Below, one piece after another: positions 1 to 9,087 of a stretch of 37,127 nucleotides of DNA. The DNA is from Desulfomonilia bacterium (GTDB lineage: Bacteria > Desulfobacterota > Desulfomonilia > UBA1062), in NCBI GenBank assembly GCA_049275795.1, contig JBASVF010000098.1, forward strand, positions 1 to 37,127. The letters are read 5' to 3'. The position numbers and the translations under genes are program-made. Within the stretch, counting starts at the first letter, position 1; each line of letters starts with the position of its first letter. The notes under the pieces were generated by a model. That model ran no database searches and was not told where the DNA came from. It saw only the letters and a list, made by a program, of their open reading frames with translations.

Positions 1-1341
1 GCCTCGCCCAGGGTTCTGCTCGTGCACGAGGATTTCTCGGACCTGGTCAGGAAGACCGGCAGCGCCCTCGAGAAGGTTGAGCACCTAGTGATCATCCGCG
101 ATTCCGATGGACAGGCCGGGCGCAGCGGCAACGGGACCGTCGAGTACGAAGACATCCTCGGCAGGGCTCCGGAGACTTATACCTTTTCCGACTTCGACGA
201 GAACACCCCTGCGGCCCTGTACTACACGGCCGGTACGACCGGACTTCCCAAGGGCGTTACGTTCACTCACCGCCAGATCGTTCTCCAGACGCTTACCCTG
301 GCCCTCTCACTCGGCTCGTATTCCTCGAAGATCAGGTTCACCTCCAGGGACGTGTTCATACCCCTGGTGCCCATGTGGAACGAACACGGCTGGGGTCTGC
401 CCTTCCTAGCGACCATTATCGGTGCGCAGCAGATCTACTCGGGCAAGTACAACACGGAAAATCTCCTCCACCTATTCGGCAGGTACAAGATCACCTTCTC
501 GGTGTGCTATCCCACGGCCCTGCACCTGATCCTCGAGCACCCCCTTTCGAAAGACCTGGACTTCTCGTCCTGCAAGGTCATCGTGACCGGGGCCAGCATC
601 ACGGAAAAGCTCGCAGCAGCCGCCCTGGCCCGCGGCATCAGCGTCACCTCGGCATTCTGCCTGGCCGAAGGGGGAGCGCTCGTGTCCATGTCACACCTCA
701 AGGGGGGCCTCGACCGGGGCATGGCTGGGAAAAAGGCGGGGATCATCTGCAGCGCCGGCATACCCGCGCCGCTGGTCGAGGTAGGCATCGTGGACTCTGC
801 CGGAGAGCTCAGAAAGAGCAGCGACTCCACCCCCGGTGAGGTGGTCATCCGTTCACCCTGGCTGACCCGGGCGTACCACCGCGACTCTGAGAAGACCCGC
901 AACCTCTGGAAAAAGGGATGGCTCTACAGCGGGGATGTCGGCTTCATCGACAAGCACGGATATCTCCGCATCACGGAGCGGGTCAAGAGGCTGACCAAGA
1001 GCGGAGGCGAGTGGATCTCGCATCTGAAGATCGAGAACCTGGTCAGGCGGATCAAGGGCGTCAACGATGCCGCGGTGGTGTCCGTGCCCGACGATGTGTG
1101 GGGCGAGAGGCCGGCGGTCATCGTGGTGATCGACAAATCCTGCAAAGGCACGGTGGACCCCGGGCAGATCGAGCGCGCCATGCAGTCGTTCGCCGAAACG
1201 GGCGAATTGCCCCGGTATGCGCTCCCGGACAGGTACGTGATCGTGGATGAGATTCCCAGGACCGGTGTCCACAAGATCGACGTGCGCATGATCAGGGAGC
1301 GCTACGGCCATCTCCTCGCACCGGCCGAGGGGAAACCCTGA
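1..1341 (+). CDS. AMP-dependent acyl-CoA synthetase/ligase (ANL family), 5'-truncated by the window edge
   Basis: ORF 22..1341 stays open in the same frame back to nt 1 (ASPRVLLVHEDF...). It carries the AMP-binding signature YYTAGTTGLPKGVTFTHRQ, the hinge region GWLYSGDVGFIDKHGYLRITERVKRLTKSGGEWIS, and the C-terminal PRTGVHKID lysine motif. Confidence 0.9.
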   Translation, partial: ASPRVLLVHEDFSDLVRKTGSALEKVEHLVIIRDSDGQAGRSGNGTVEYEDILGRAPETYTFSDFDENTPAALYYTAGTTGLPKGVTFTHRQIVLQTLTLALSLGSYSSKIRFTSRDVFIPLVPMWNEHGWGLPFLATIIGAQQIYSGKYNTENLLHLFGRYKITFSVCYPTALHLILEHPLSKDLDFSSCKVIVTGASITEKLAAAALARGISVTSAFCLAEGGALVSMSHLKGGLDRGMAGKKAGIICSAGIPAPLVEVGIVDSAGELRKSSDSTPGEVVIRSPWLTRAYHRDSEKTRNLWKKGWLYSGDVGFIDKHGYLRITERVKRLTKSGGEWISHLKIENLVRRIKGVNDAAVVSVPDDVWGERPAVIVVIDKSCKGTVDPGQIERAMQSFAETGELPRYALPDRYVIVDEIPRTGVHKIDVRMIRERYGHLLAPAEGKP

Positions 1342-1354
1342 CCGGCCCGGGCAC

Positions 1355-3100
1355 TTAAGTACCGCCGCCCAGGTCGAAGACGCCGCTTTCCAGCAGGGCT
1401 TCGGTCAGGGAGATCCGGGAGGAGAGCTCTCCACCGATGCTCTCCAGTGCGGATACCCGGGCCTGGAGCGATTCGAGCGGCTCCTTTGCCTCCTGCTCCA
1501 GCCTGGCTTTCAGCTGGGCTTCGAATCGTGCCGCCTGGTCTCTGACAAAAGACTCGGCAACCCCGCGGAACACCTGGTCGAGGCTCGACGACAGGCTCAG
1601 ATCGTAATCGCCGGGCGCACCCGAGACGCTGGCGCCAAAGGTAAAGGAGCGTATCCGCGAGAATGCCTCTGCGAAAGCGGACTGCAGTTCCGTGGCCTGC
1701 CCGCTCCCGCTCACCAGGAAATCGACCGCCCGGGCCGCCCCGTCGAGCTCTGCGCGCAGGGAGCCCGGCGAGATCGATGCCTTGATGCCGGTATCCAGGA
1801 CCCCTTCCTTGAGCGTCACCCCGAGGATCTCCGGTCCCAGGGCCTTCTCCTGGAGGCGATATCCCTTCAGTGACAGCTGAACCGTATCCATGGGAGCCCG
1901 CGGGTCGATGTGGTCGAATGAGCCTTCGAACCGTATGCCGTCCAGGATCCCGAGGTTTTCTCCAGAGAAGAGAAACGTCAGGGGGATCTTGAGGATATCC
2001 TGGTCCGGGGTGATGTTGCTGATCGTTCCCGTGAGCGCCCTCCCCCTCGTGGTGATCGAAGCTGCTGCTGTGCGGATGAGGAAATCGGGCATGGGGGCAT
2101 GCTCGGGGAACCTCACGTCGATCCCCTCGGTGCGGGGCGGCCTGCGCTCCTGCTGCTGCTTTTCTAAGGAGGTTCTCTCGATCAGGGGGCTGATCCTCTG
2201 GTGCCACTTGAGCGACCGTTCCACCCAGGCCCCCACCTGCTCGCCGAACAGAATCGCACTGGCCGAGCCGATGTTCTCGGGGCTGGGGGCAAACTTCCGC
2301 GCGATCCTCTGCGCATCCTGCGCCGGCAGCCCGGTCATCCTGCCCAGCTGCGTACCGAGAGCCCGGTAGTCTTCCTGGAACCGCTGGTAGCTGTCTTTCA
2401 GCAGCCCGAGGTCGGAGTTGATGTCGGAATACAGCTCCCTGACCTGTGCGCCCCTCTCCAGGTAACCCCGGATATCCCGCCCGCGGGCCTGCCTGAGGGC
2501 CTCGATCCGCTCCCGGTATCCATCGATCCGATCCTTGTTCGGGAGTTCGTCGATCCTCGTCTGCCAGAACCTGTTCTTCTCGTCGGCGTCCCGGTGCAGA
2601 TCCTGGATCGATTTCAGGGTCTCGAGATTCGCCGCCTCGATGGCGCGACGGATGTCTTCCCGGGAGATGTCCGGGATCGTGAACCACAGCAGTTTCCGGC
2701 CGCCCTCTCCGGGAACCTCTTCCGCCCTCTGCCGGTACACGAGCCCCGGTCTTTCCCTGGGGGTGCCGAGCGCAACCCCTTCGAGCTTCATTTCGTCGAT
2801 GATGATCTTGCGCAGGAACAGGTGCACCGTATCGAGGGTGAAGGCCGCCCTCTGGATCTCGACCGCGTTCGTCGCCGGGTGTTCCGGATTGGTCACCTGG
2901 ATGCGCGCGACAATGAATCCCAGGGGCGAGAGCATGAGGTCGACCTCGTCCACGTTCACCTCCGCCCCGACCGCAAAGGCGACCGTCCTCTCGATGCCCC
3001 TGCGAACGTAACCGTCGAGGAGCGCCACCCAGAAGATGACCGCCAGCCCGATGACCGCGATGAAGGCCAGTATTCCTTCCCACCGTATCCACTTCTTCAC
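1355..3100 (-). CDS. TIGR03545-like / AsmA-like membrane-anchored periplasmic protein of unknown function
   Basis: 581-aa ORF with a GTG start at 3100. It has one N-terminal TM helix (WEGILAFIAVIGLAVIFWVALL) followed by a long soluble region. It starts 3 nt after the stop of the small membrane gene upstream. By recollection this matches the conserved TIGR03546-TIGR03545 two-gene pair. Confidence 0.7.
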   Translation of the reverse strand: MKKWIRWEGILAFIAVIGLAVIFWVALLDGYVRRGIERTVAFAVGAEVNVDEVDLMLSPLGFIVARIQVTNPEHPATNAVEIQRAAFTLDTVHLFLRKIIIDEMKLEGVALGTPRERPGLVYRQRAEEVPGEGGRKLLWFTIPDISREDIRRAIEAANLETLKSIQDLHRDADEKNRFWQTRIDELPNKDRIDGYRERIEALRQARGRDIRGYLERGAQVRELYSDINSDLGLLKDSYQRFQEDYRALGTQLGRMTGLPAQDAQRIARKFAPSPENIGSASAILFGEQVGAWVERSLKWHQRISPLIERTSLEKQQQERRPPRTEGIDVRFPEHAPMPDFLIRTAAASITTRGRALTGTISNITPDQDILKIPLTFLFSGENLGILDGIRFEGSFDHIDPRAPMDTVQLSLKGYRLQEKALGPEILGVTLKEGVLDTGIKASISPGSLRAELDGAARAVDFLVSGSGQATELQSAFAEAFSRIRSFTFGASVSGAPGDYDLSLSSSLDQVFRGVAESFVRDQAARFEAQLKARLEQEAKEPLESLQARVSALESIGGELSSRISLTEALLESGVFDLGGGT

Positions 3101-3103
3101 GGC

Positions 3104-3625
3104 TCAACCCTTGAACGGAAGCGAGGTATAGACCTTGTAGAAGGTGCTCGCCTTTATTGCCTGTGCCAGCCTGGTCCGGGTCATCCAGTCCAGGAAGCGG
3201 GCGCGGTACCTGAGTATGCCGGCCTTCGAGAGGAAGAAGACCGGCACGAAAAGAACCAGTGAAACCACCAGGCTGCCCATGACGATCGTGTTGTTGAACC
3301 GTGCAATCCGGAAAACCGGCACGTTATACATCCACGTCCACAGGCCTTTCAGCGGCTCGGCCGAGAGGATCGCGAGCCCGAGGATATGAAAGAGCGGGTC
3401 GAAGAGGTAGGCTATGGCTGAAAACATCGCCAGCCCCACAAAGAACGCGCTCAAGTTCACGCGCAGGAAGAGCACGAGAAACACTACCACGAGGTTGTGC
3501 AGGCTCATGAGCGGGGTGAGACCCGCGATCATGGACAGGCTGAAGGCAAGGCTCACCTGTGAGGGGTCGTTTTCCGCGTTCAGCACGTTCAGGATCCTGG
3601 CAAGGAGATACAGCACGGCCGCCAT
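3104..3625 (-). CDS. TIGR03546/DUF2062-like small polytopic membrane protein
   Basis: The track ORF is 3104..3739. I prefer the internal ATG at 3625 (MAAVLYLLARIL...), which is preceded by GGAGGA. The protein has about 4 hydrophobic helices. It forms an operon with the downstream TIGR03545-like gene. Confidence 0.65.
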   Translation of the reverse strand: MAAVLYLLARILNVLNAENDPSQVSLAFSLSMIAGLTPLMSLHNLVVVFLVLFLRVNLSAFFVGLAMFSAIAYLFDPLFHILGLAILSAEPLKGLWTWMYNVPVFRIARFNNTIVMGSLVVSLVLFVPVFFLSKAGILRYRARFLDWMTRTRLAQAIKASTFYKVYTSLPFKG

Positions 3626-3819
3626 TCCTCCATAGCATCGGGGGACAGGCCAGCCGGCAGATGCTCTTCGAACGGCCCGATCCCCTGCATCCGCTAAGTA
3701 TAGTATCCCTTCTCGCTGGGTAATCAAGAGGAAACACAAAAGATCCGGGTCTGCAAGCCTTTCTCAAAGGAAAAAATTGAGCATCGATCACAGGTTCCCG
3801 TGGTCCCGTGCGATTTTTT

Positions 3820-3848
3820 TTGACGCATTATCAGTATTATGGTAATAT
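3820..3848 (+). promoter_or_regulatory. sigma70-type promoter candidate TTGACG-N17-TAATAT for the TSP3 lipoprotein gene
   Basis: TTGACG lies at 3820-3825 and TAATAT at 3843-3848 with an exact 17-nt spacer, inside an AT-rich island. The inverted repeat GTATTA-N11-TAATAC (3834-3856) overlaps the -10. Confidence 0.4.
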
Positions 3849-4023
3849 TGTAATACTTTAGTCACACCGTTACTTTAATAAACAGTGCTCAGCTCCTCTT
3901 TGAGCGTTCGTTTTGGGGTCCTCATGCTTTTTCCGACAAGAACCGGTTTCTCTTGCCGTTTCACCTCGACTTTGTTCGAAGAAACGGGCGGGCAACCAGG
4001 GAAGCAGTGATATGGAGGACGCT

Positions 4024-5457
4024 ATGACAGGCAACCGTGTGAAGGCAGCAATTCTTTTCTTGGGGGCGCTGATCCTTTTTGTTCTCGGCGGGTGCGAAAG
4101 CCGCTCGTCATCGACCTTGAGCGAACCCCTCGCGTCTCATTGTCTGGACCACCTGGAAGGGGACACCCACGGGGACGCCGACCATGACGGGCTTCCCGAT
4201 GCCTGGGAAGAGGACAATTTCGGCAATCTCGACCAGGGGCCGGACGATGACCCGGACGGAGACGGGCTTAGCAACCTCGATGAGTTCGAAAACGGCACCG
4301 ACCCGAACGATCCGGACACGGATGATGACGGCCTCTCCGACTCCGAGGAGATCGGCGACCACAACACCGATCCCCTCAACCCGGATACCGACGGCGACGG
4401 GCTCTCAGACTTCGATGAGGCCAATCATCCTTGCCTCGACCCTCTCGACCCGGACACGGACGACGACGGGTTCTCCGACAAGGTAGAAGCCGACCTTGGG
4501 TCGGATCCGTGCGATCCTGCCTCGATTCCTGAAGACTCCGACGATGATGGGCTTCCCGATGAGTGGGAGATGGACAACTTCGGCAATCTCGACCAGGGGC
4601 CGGGCGACGACCCGGATGGTGATGGTCTGACCAACCTCGAGGAGCTCAGCCACGGCACCGACCCGAACGACTCGGATACCGACGATGATGGGTTCTCGGA
4701 CAAGACGGAAGTAGACTATGGGTCGGATCCGCTCGACGAGTCATCCTATCCGTGCCAAAGCTCGCACGGCTCTGCGTACGGGATCAGGGCAGACCTGCGA
4801 CTCGTACCCCTCCTGGGAGGCGGGATCACTATTCCGCTCGCCCCTACCCCGCAGGTATCCGGCAGCGCCCGTCCGGACTATGACGAGCGCAGAGGGCTGA
4901 CCTCGGCCGGCCTCGGCACCCTTCTCACCGGGACCATTCTCAGCACGGGCGCCCTAGAGGTGAGTACGCAGTCGGGAATCGACGGCCCTGTGGCAACAAC
5001 AGAGTACAGCAGTTCACATGCCATAGTGGCAAACCCCTCGATATCGATAACCGGGCTGCTACCGCTCGTCCGGATCTCGGCCGATGCTCTGGGATCCACG
5101 GCATCTATCAGGAGGAACCTGGACGACGGCACCATTGCCGTCGATGCATCCTCTGATCTCGCTGACCTCAGGATCAGAATCGGCGTCATCGACATTAACA
5201 TCCCGCTCAATCCCCCTCCGAATTACCAGGTGCCGCTGGTCGGAACCCTGCTCCAGTACGTTGCAGGGGCAAAGATCGTGCTGAACGAGCAGATCGACAC
5301 CGTGGTGGCGAACGTCGACGGCACCCGGACGCGAAGACTCGAGGTCAATGCGCTCCATGTCTACCTTGGCCAGGGGCAGGGGCTTTCCCTCACCGGGATA
5401 GGATTGCTCTCCGGGGATCTGGTCATTGCGCATTCCGCAACCGAGCTCTCGTACTAG
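4024..5457 (+). CDS. secreted lipoprotein with thrombospondin type-3 (Ca-binding DxDxDG) repeats and a C-terminal beta-rich domain of unknown function
   Basis: The track ORF starts at 3913. I prefer the ATG at 4024, which lies 5 nt after GGAGG (4014-4018). It gives [24 protein letters not shown], a lipobox signal. There are many DPDGDG/DTDDDG repeats. The last ~230 aa are Ser/Thr/Gly/Leu-rich with no family I recognise. Confidence 0.8.
   Translation: MTGNRVKAAILFLGALILFVLGGCESRSSSTLSEPLASHCLDHLEGDTHGDADHDGLPDAWEEDNFGNLDQGPDDDPDGDGLSNLDEFENGTDPNDPDTDDDGLSDSEEIGDHNTDPLNPDTDGDGLSDFDEANHPCLDPLDPDTDDDGFSDKVEADLGSDPCDPASIPEDSDDDGLPDEWEMDNFGNLDQGPGDDPDGDGLTNLEELSHGTDPNDSDTDDDGFSDKTEVDYGSDPLDESSYPCQSSHGSAYGIRADLRLVPLLGGGITIPLAPTPQVSGSARPDYDERRGLTSAGLGTLLTGTILSTGALEVSTQSGIDGPVATTEYSSSHAIVANPSISITGLLPLVRISADALGSTASIRRNLDDGTIAVDASSDLADLRIRIGVIDINIPLNPPPNYQVPLVGTLLQYVAGAKIVLNEQIDTVVANVDGTRTRRLEVNALHVYLGQGQGLSLTGIGLLSGDLVIAHSATELSY
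4180..4701 (+). repeat. intragenic duplication: two 162-nt copies (4180-4341 and 4540-4701), period 360 nt
   Basis: Copy 1 is [54 protein letters not shown]. Copy 2 is [54 protein letters not shown]. Hand alignment gives 43/54 identical residues. The DNA copies are also clearly alignable. Confidence 0.85.
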
Positions 5458-5475
5458 CGACAGGGAGAAGATGCG

Positions 5476-6327
5476 ATGAAGACAAGAACGGCTTTCCTCA
5501 CGGCAACGATCTGCCTGCTCTTTTGCTGCCCTGCAAACGCCGGTTCCCTTTCGGAGTGGAATGCGGCGCAGGGCTTGTACGACTCCACGAACGAGAATGT
5601 CCTGAGCATCGGTCCGACCTTTCATACCCTCCTGTACGACAGCGAATACCACCCTTCCGTGAGAATCCTCATGGTCGGGGCCGTCCTCAGCTACGTTCAC
5701 CAGGGGATCACCGGCTTGTACGCCGGCGTCGATCTCGAGTATGCGGCCGGTGACCACGACGGAAACGAGGACGGGGTGAGGTTCACTACCGATCTCCGCA
5801 CCGCCGGGGCACAGGCGAGGATCGGGTATCGCGACATATACGGTGAACGCATTGCCGTTACCCCTCATATCGGCCTGGGGTACCGATGGATGGATCAGGA
5901 GATGGAAGAGAAGGCGGGAGCCGCCCTCATGGATGCCACCCATGACCTGGTATTTGCATCGGTCGGGGTAAATATCGCCCCTCCAGCCGAGTACAGCCAC
6001 GGCTGGGCGTGGACGGCGCGGGCAGAGGCAAGAATCGGCCTGAGCGGGAGCACCGACGCCCGGATGCCCCGGGTCGTCACCTATCCTACGAAGTATGAAG
6101 CAGATTACGGCCTTGCCGACCGGTACGGGCTCAAGGCCGACATCGGGGTCCGGAAAAAGGTGCACTCGGCTGTTGCCGTACGGGGCGATGTGTTCGGAAG
6201 CTGGTGGAGGGCGCGAGAGGTCGATGCCGACTTTCTCCAGTTTGGAACGTGGGTCCCGGGCAGGATCGCTGCGTTCGACGAATTCACCTACGGCATCCTG
6301 ATCAGTGTCGAGTTCCTCGCCTTTTAA
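5476..6327 (+). CDS. outer-membrane beta-barrel protein
   Basis: The Sec signal is MKTRTAFLTATICLLFCCPANA|GS. Alternating hydrophobic/aromatic beta-strand patterning runs through the protein. The C-terminus ends in SVEFLAF, an aromatic OMP signature. The SD AGGGAGAAG lies upstream. Confidence 0.75.
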   Translation: MKTRTAFLTATICLLFCCPANAGSLSEWNAAQGLYDSTNENVLSIGPTFHTLLYDSEYHPSVRILMVGAVLSYVHQGITGLYAGVDLEYAAGDHDGNEDGVRFTTDLRTAGAQARIGYRDIYGERIAVTPHIGLGYRWMDQEMEEKAGAALMDATHDLVFASVGVNIAPPAEYSHGWAWTARAEARIGLSGSTDARMPRVVTYPTKYEADYGLADRYGLKADIGVRKKVHSAVAVRGDVFGSWWRAREVDADFLQFGTWVPGRIAAFDEFTYGILISVEFLAF

Positions 6328-6371
6328 CCGCGAGGCTTCAAATACCCATGCTCGATAGAGGAGGAATGGCC

Positions 6372-7616
6372 ATGGCAAGGGTGCATGGAAAAACAGCGGG
6401 GATTCTCCTGACAGCCGTACTCCTGGCCGGGTGCGCGCAGCTCTCCGGGAACGTCTCCCCGAAGACGGGTTTCACTGTCGTCGATCTGGGCTCGTACGTG
6501 GAATCGGGCCAATATGCAAAGAAGGCGGATGCCTTCGAGATCCTGCTGGACACCTCGTATTCGATGAACGAGTCCTTGAACGGCTCCAGCAGGATCGATA
6601 CGGCAAAGGATCTCATCCTGGCTGTCAACGAATCGGTCTCCGGACTTACGTACGATGCCGGCTTGCGGGTATTCGGGCAGCGGTTCTGGAATACCGGTCC
6701 CGTAAGCGTGCTCGTCTACACCGCCCGGCCGCACTCGGCCAGGCAGCTTTCGGATGCCGTGGAAGCGCTCAAGTCCCCCTGCGGAAAAGCGTCCCTTTCG
6801 CTTGCACTGGACGATGCCGGGAGGAACGCCCAGCGCCTCGGAAAAGACACGGCCTTCATCCTGATCACCGACGGCAAACATGAGAGAGACGATCTCAACC
6901 GGTCCCTGGAAGAGGTCAAGAAGCGATTCGGCCGGAGCGCGGTGCTCCACGCAGTATGCATAGGAGGAGATACCGAGGCGGTCGAATCGATGAAGAGGCT
7001 GGCCCGGACCTGCGGAGGCGTCACGGTTACCGCCGAGCAGCTCACGAACCCCGGAGACATGGAAGAGTTTCTGAAAACCGTGTTTCTGACCGCCCGGGTG
7101 ATCGACAGCGACGGCGATGGCGTGCCCGACTCGAAGGACCGGTGTCCCGACACACCGCACGGTGTGCCGGTCGATGCCGCCGGCTGCCCTCTCGATACGG
7201 ACGGGGACGGTGTTGCCGATTATCTCGATGAATGCCCCGATACACCGCGGGGCGCCCAGGTAAACGAACGGGGCTGCTGGGTAGTCGACTTCAACAACGT
7301 GCTGTTCGATACCGACAGCAGTGAAATCAAGCCGGGAGGATACGCTGCCCTGGACAAGGTGGTCGACATACTCCTGGGTGATCCGTGGCTGACCGTGGAG
7401 ATCCAGGGCCATACGGACAGTGTCGGCCCGGAGAGCTATAACGACCGGCTTTCGAGGGCACGGGCACAGGCCGTAAAGGACTACCTCGTCAGGAAGGGCA
7501 TCGCCGGGTACAGGCTTTCAGCGGTCGGCTATGGCGAGTCCATGCCCATCGCCTCGAACGATACCGACGAAGGCAGGGCAAAGAACCGCAGGGTTGAGCT
7601 CAGGCCGATGCGCTAA
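6372..7616 (+). CDS. lipoprotein with vWA domain, TSP3 repeats and a C-terminal OmpA-like peptidoglycan-binding domain
   Basis: The track ORF starts at 6204 and overlaps the previous gene. I prefer the ATG at 6372 after GAGGAGG. It gives MARVHGKTAGILLTAVLLAGC, a lipobox. A vWA-like core runs ILLDTSYSM...ILITDG. TSP3 repeats include DSDGDGVPDSKDRCPDTP and DTDGDGVADYLDECPDTP. The OmpA_C region reads GHTDSVGPESYNDRLSRARAQAVKDYL...NRRVEL. Confidence 0.85.
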   Translation: MARVHGKTAGILLTAVLLAGCAQLSGNVSPKTGFTVVDLGSYVESGQYAKKADAFEILLDTSYSMNESLNGSSRIDTAKDLILAVNESVSGLTYDAGLRVFGQRFWNTGPVSVLVYTARPHSARQLSDAVEALKSPCGKASLSLALDDAGRNAQRLGKDTAFILITDGKHERDDLNRSLEEVKKRFGRSAVLHAVCIGGDTEAVESMKRLARTCGGVTVTAEQLTNPGDMEEFLKTVFLTARVIDSDGDGVPDSKDRCPDTPHGVPVDAAGCPLDTDGDGVADYLDECPDTPRGAQVNERGCWVVDFNNVLFDTDSSEIKPGGYAALDKVVDILLGDPWLTVEIQGHTDSVGPESYNDRLSRARAQAVKDYLVRKGIAGYRLSAVGYGESMPIASNDTDEGRAKNRRVELRPMR

Positions 7617-7721
7617 TGCCGCAGCGGCGGGCTGCCGTGAAACGAATCGGCGGCAGGTCGCTCATGCCGGGAGACGAACGGGCGCTAAGACCCCTTCGGT
7701 CTCGTCGATTGCCGTCGCAGC

Positions 7722-7761
7722 TTAAAAGCAGGCCCCGGCTCTCGAAGCCTGATGGGCCTGC
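7722..7761 (-). terminator. hairpin terminator candidate downstream of azlD
   Basis: On the minus strand it reads GCAGGCCC-(18 nt with inner GGCT/AGCC pairing)-GGGCCTGC followed by TTTTAA. It lies about 80 nt after the azlD stop. Confidence 0.4.
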
Positions 7762-7840
7762 CATGGAAAGCGCCCGGGCGTGCAAGCCGGAATGGAGGAT
7801 AGCTTTATCCGCTCCAGCCTGCAGGCTTTTTGCCCCGGCA

Positions 7841-8167
7841 TCATCCAAGCATCCAGCGCAGCAGGGCCATGACGGCCACCCCGCCCAGGACCGTTGCGAT
7901 CAGGCTGCGCGTGTATACTGCTATGGCAAGCACCGGGATGATCGCGATCATAGCCAGGTTCTCCGGCGGCCAGGAGATATGCCCTTCCGGCATGAAGACC
8001 GCCTGGGCCAGCAGGGCCGCCAGCACGGCGATGGGGACGAATCCGAGCCATCGCACCGCCCGCTCGGGCAGGGTGATGCGGCTGAGCAGGACCAGGGGCG
8101 CCACTCGAGGGACGATCGTCACGATCGCGGCGCCCAGGATGATCAGAACTATCGGTTCCCGGATCAT
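7841..8167 (-). CDS. azlD: AzlD-family branched-chain amino acid transport protein
   Basis: 108-aa hydrophobic protein (MIREPIVLIILGAAIVTIVPRVAPLVLL...). It has a 4-nt ATGA overlap with the azlC stop at 8164-8167. Confidence 0.8.
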   Translation of the reverse strand: MIREPIVLIILGAAIVTIVPRVAPLVLLSRITLPERAVRWLGFVPIAVLAALLAQAVFMPEGHISWPPENLAMIAIIPVLAIAVYTRSLIATVLGGVAVMALLRWMLG

Positions 8168-8913
8168 GCAGATCCCGTCCTTTCTTCAACCACCATGCCC
8201 AAGGTGGCGGCAATGATCGTTGCTGCTATGATCGCCCAGCTGCCGGGGACCACCAGCGACCCCGTGAGTGCGACCAGCGCGCCGGCCGAGGCCGCGACGA
8301 CGGCGGGAAGCCTCGTCTGCCTGCCTGCGATCTGCAGTACCAGGAGCGCCGCGAACATGGCGCCCAGCGCGAAGTCGAAGCCCAACGCCCGTATGTCCGT
8401 GATCGCGCTCCCGGCGATCGCACCGGCGGTCGTGCACACGAGCCACGTGAGGTGCGAGGCGTTGTTGAGCCCGAAGAACCACCCGGCGCGCTCCGGGGCC
8501 GGGCCCCGGCCGAGCCTTCCCGACGCGACCGCAAAGGTCTCGTCCGTGAGCTCGGCGCCGATGAACGCATTCTGCCAGGGCTTCAAGTGCTGCAGGTAGG
8601 GCGAGACAGCTGCGCTGTAGAGAACGTGTCGGACATTCACGAGGAAGATGGTGGCCACGATGGCCGATGCCAGCATGCCCGCGGCGCTGAGCCCCCCCAG
8701 GACGAACTGGGCCGAGCCCGCGTACAGGACGAGCGACATGAGCGCCACCTCGCAAACGGTAATGCCCGCCGTTCGTGCCACCACCCCGAAGGCAAGCCCG
8801 ATGGCCGTGTATCCCAGGATCACGGGCCCGGCGTCTCTGACGCCTGCGAGGTATCCTTCCTGGCTGTCTTTGGCCGGCCCGTTTCCGGCCGAGTAGTGTG
8901 CGATCTCCCTCAT
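8164..8913 (-). CDS. azlC: AzlC-family branched-chain amino acid permease subunit
   Basis: Family motifs are GYTAIGLAFGVVA and LVLYAGSAQFVLGG...FLVNVRHVLYS. I prefer the start at 8913 (MREIAHY...) over the track start at 8946. Confidence 0.8.
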   Translation of the reverse strand: MREIAHYSAGNGPAKDSQEGYLAGVRDAGPVILGYTAIGLAFGVVARTAGITVCEVALMSLVLYAGSAQFVLGGLSAAGMLASAIVATIFLVNVRHVLYSAAVSPYLQHLKPWQNAFIGAELTDETFAVASGRLGRGPAPERAGWFFGLNNASHLTWLVCTTAGAIAGSAITDIRALGFDFALGAMFAALLVLQIAGRQTRLPAVVAASAGALVALTGSLVVPGSWAIIAATIIAATLGMVVEERTGSA

Positions 8914-9087
8914 GCGGCCCAGCATAAGGCAATGCCTATAGCACAAAAAGTCAGGGCAGGTCAGGGGTATTTCCGCGGGCTGTGCCCATCCGGCAGGACC
9001 GGGATGCCGGAGGTGGTCAGGAAAGCGGCCGGTTTTTTACGATCCCCGGCTTGAAAGAGAGGATGCCGCCGTCCGCTTTCGAGCGGC

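Noticed and set aside
1302-3107. 601-aa minus-strand ORF overlapping the TIGR03545-like gene in another frame
   Set aside because: The translation is Arg/Gly/Pro-rich and low-complexity, typical of a shadow frame in GC-rich DNA. The co-located 581-aa frame has a TM anchor and protein-like composition.
3913-4023. Upstream extension of the TSP3 lipoprotein ORF (track start 3913)
   Set aside because: It would place 37 non-signal residues before a perfect lipoprotein signal peptide. The internal ATG at 4024 has a GGAGG at ideal spacing.
5059-7412. Long antisense ORFs (5059..6378 and 6324..7412, minus) opposite the barrel and vWA-OmpA genes
   Set aside because: The sense-strand proteins have signal peptides and recognisable domains. 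The antisense translations have no motifs and skewed composition.
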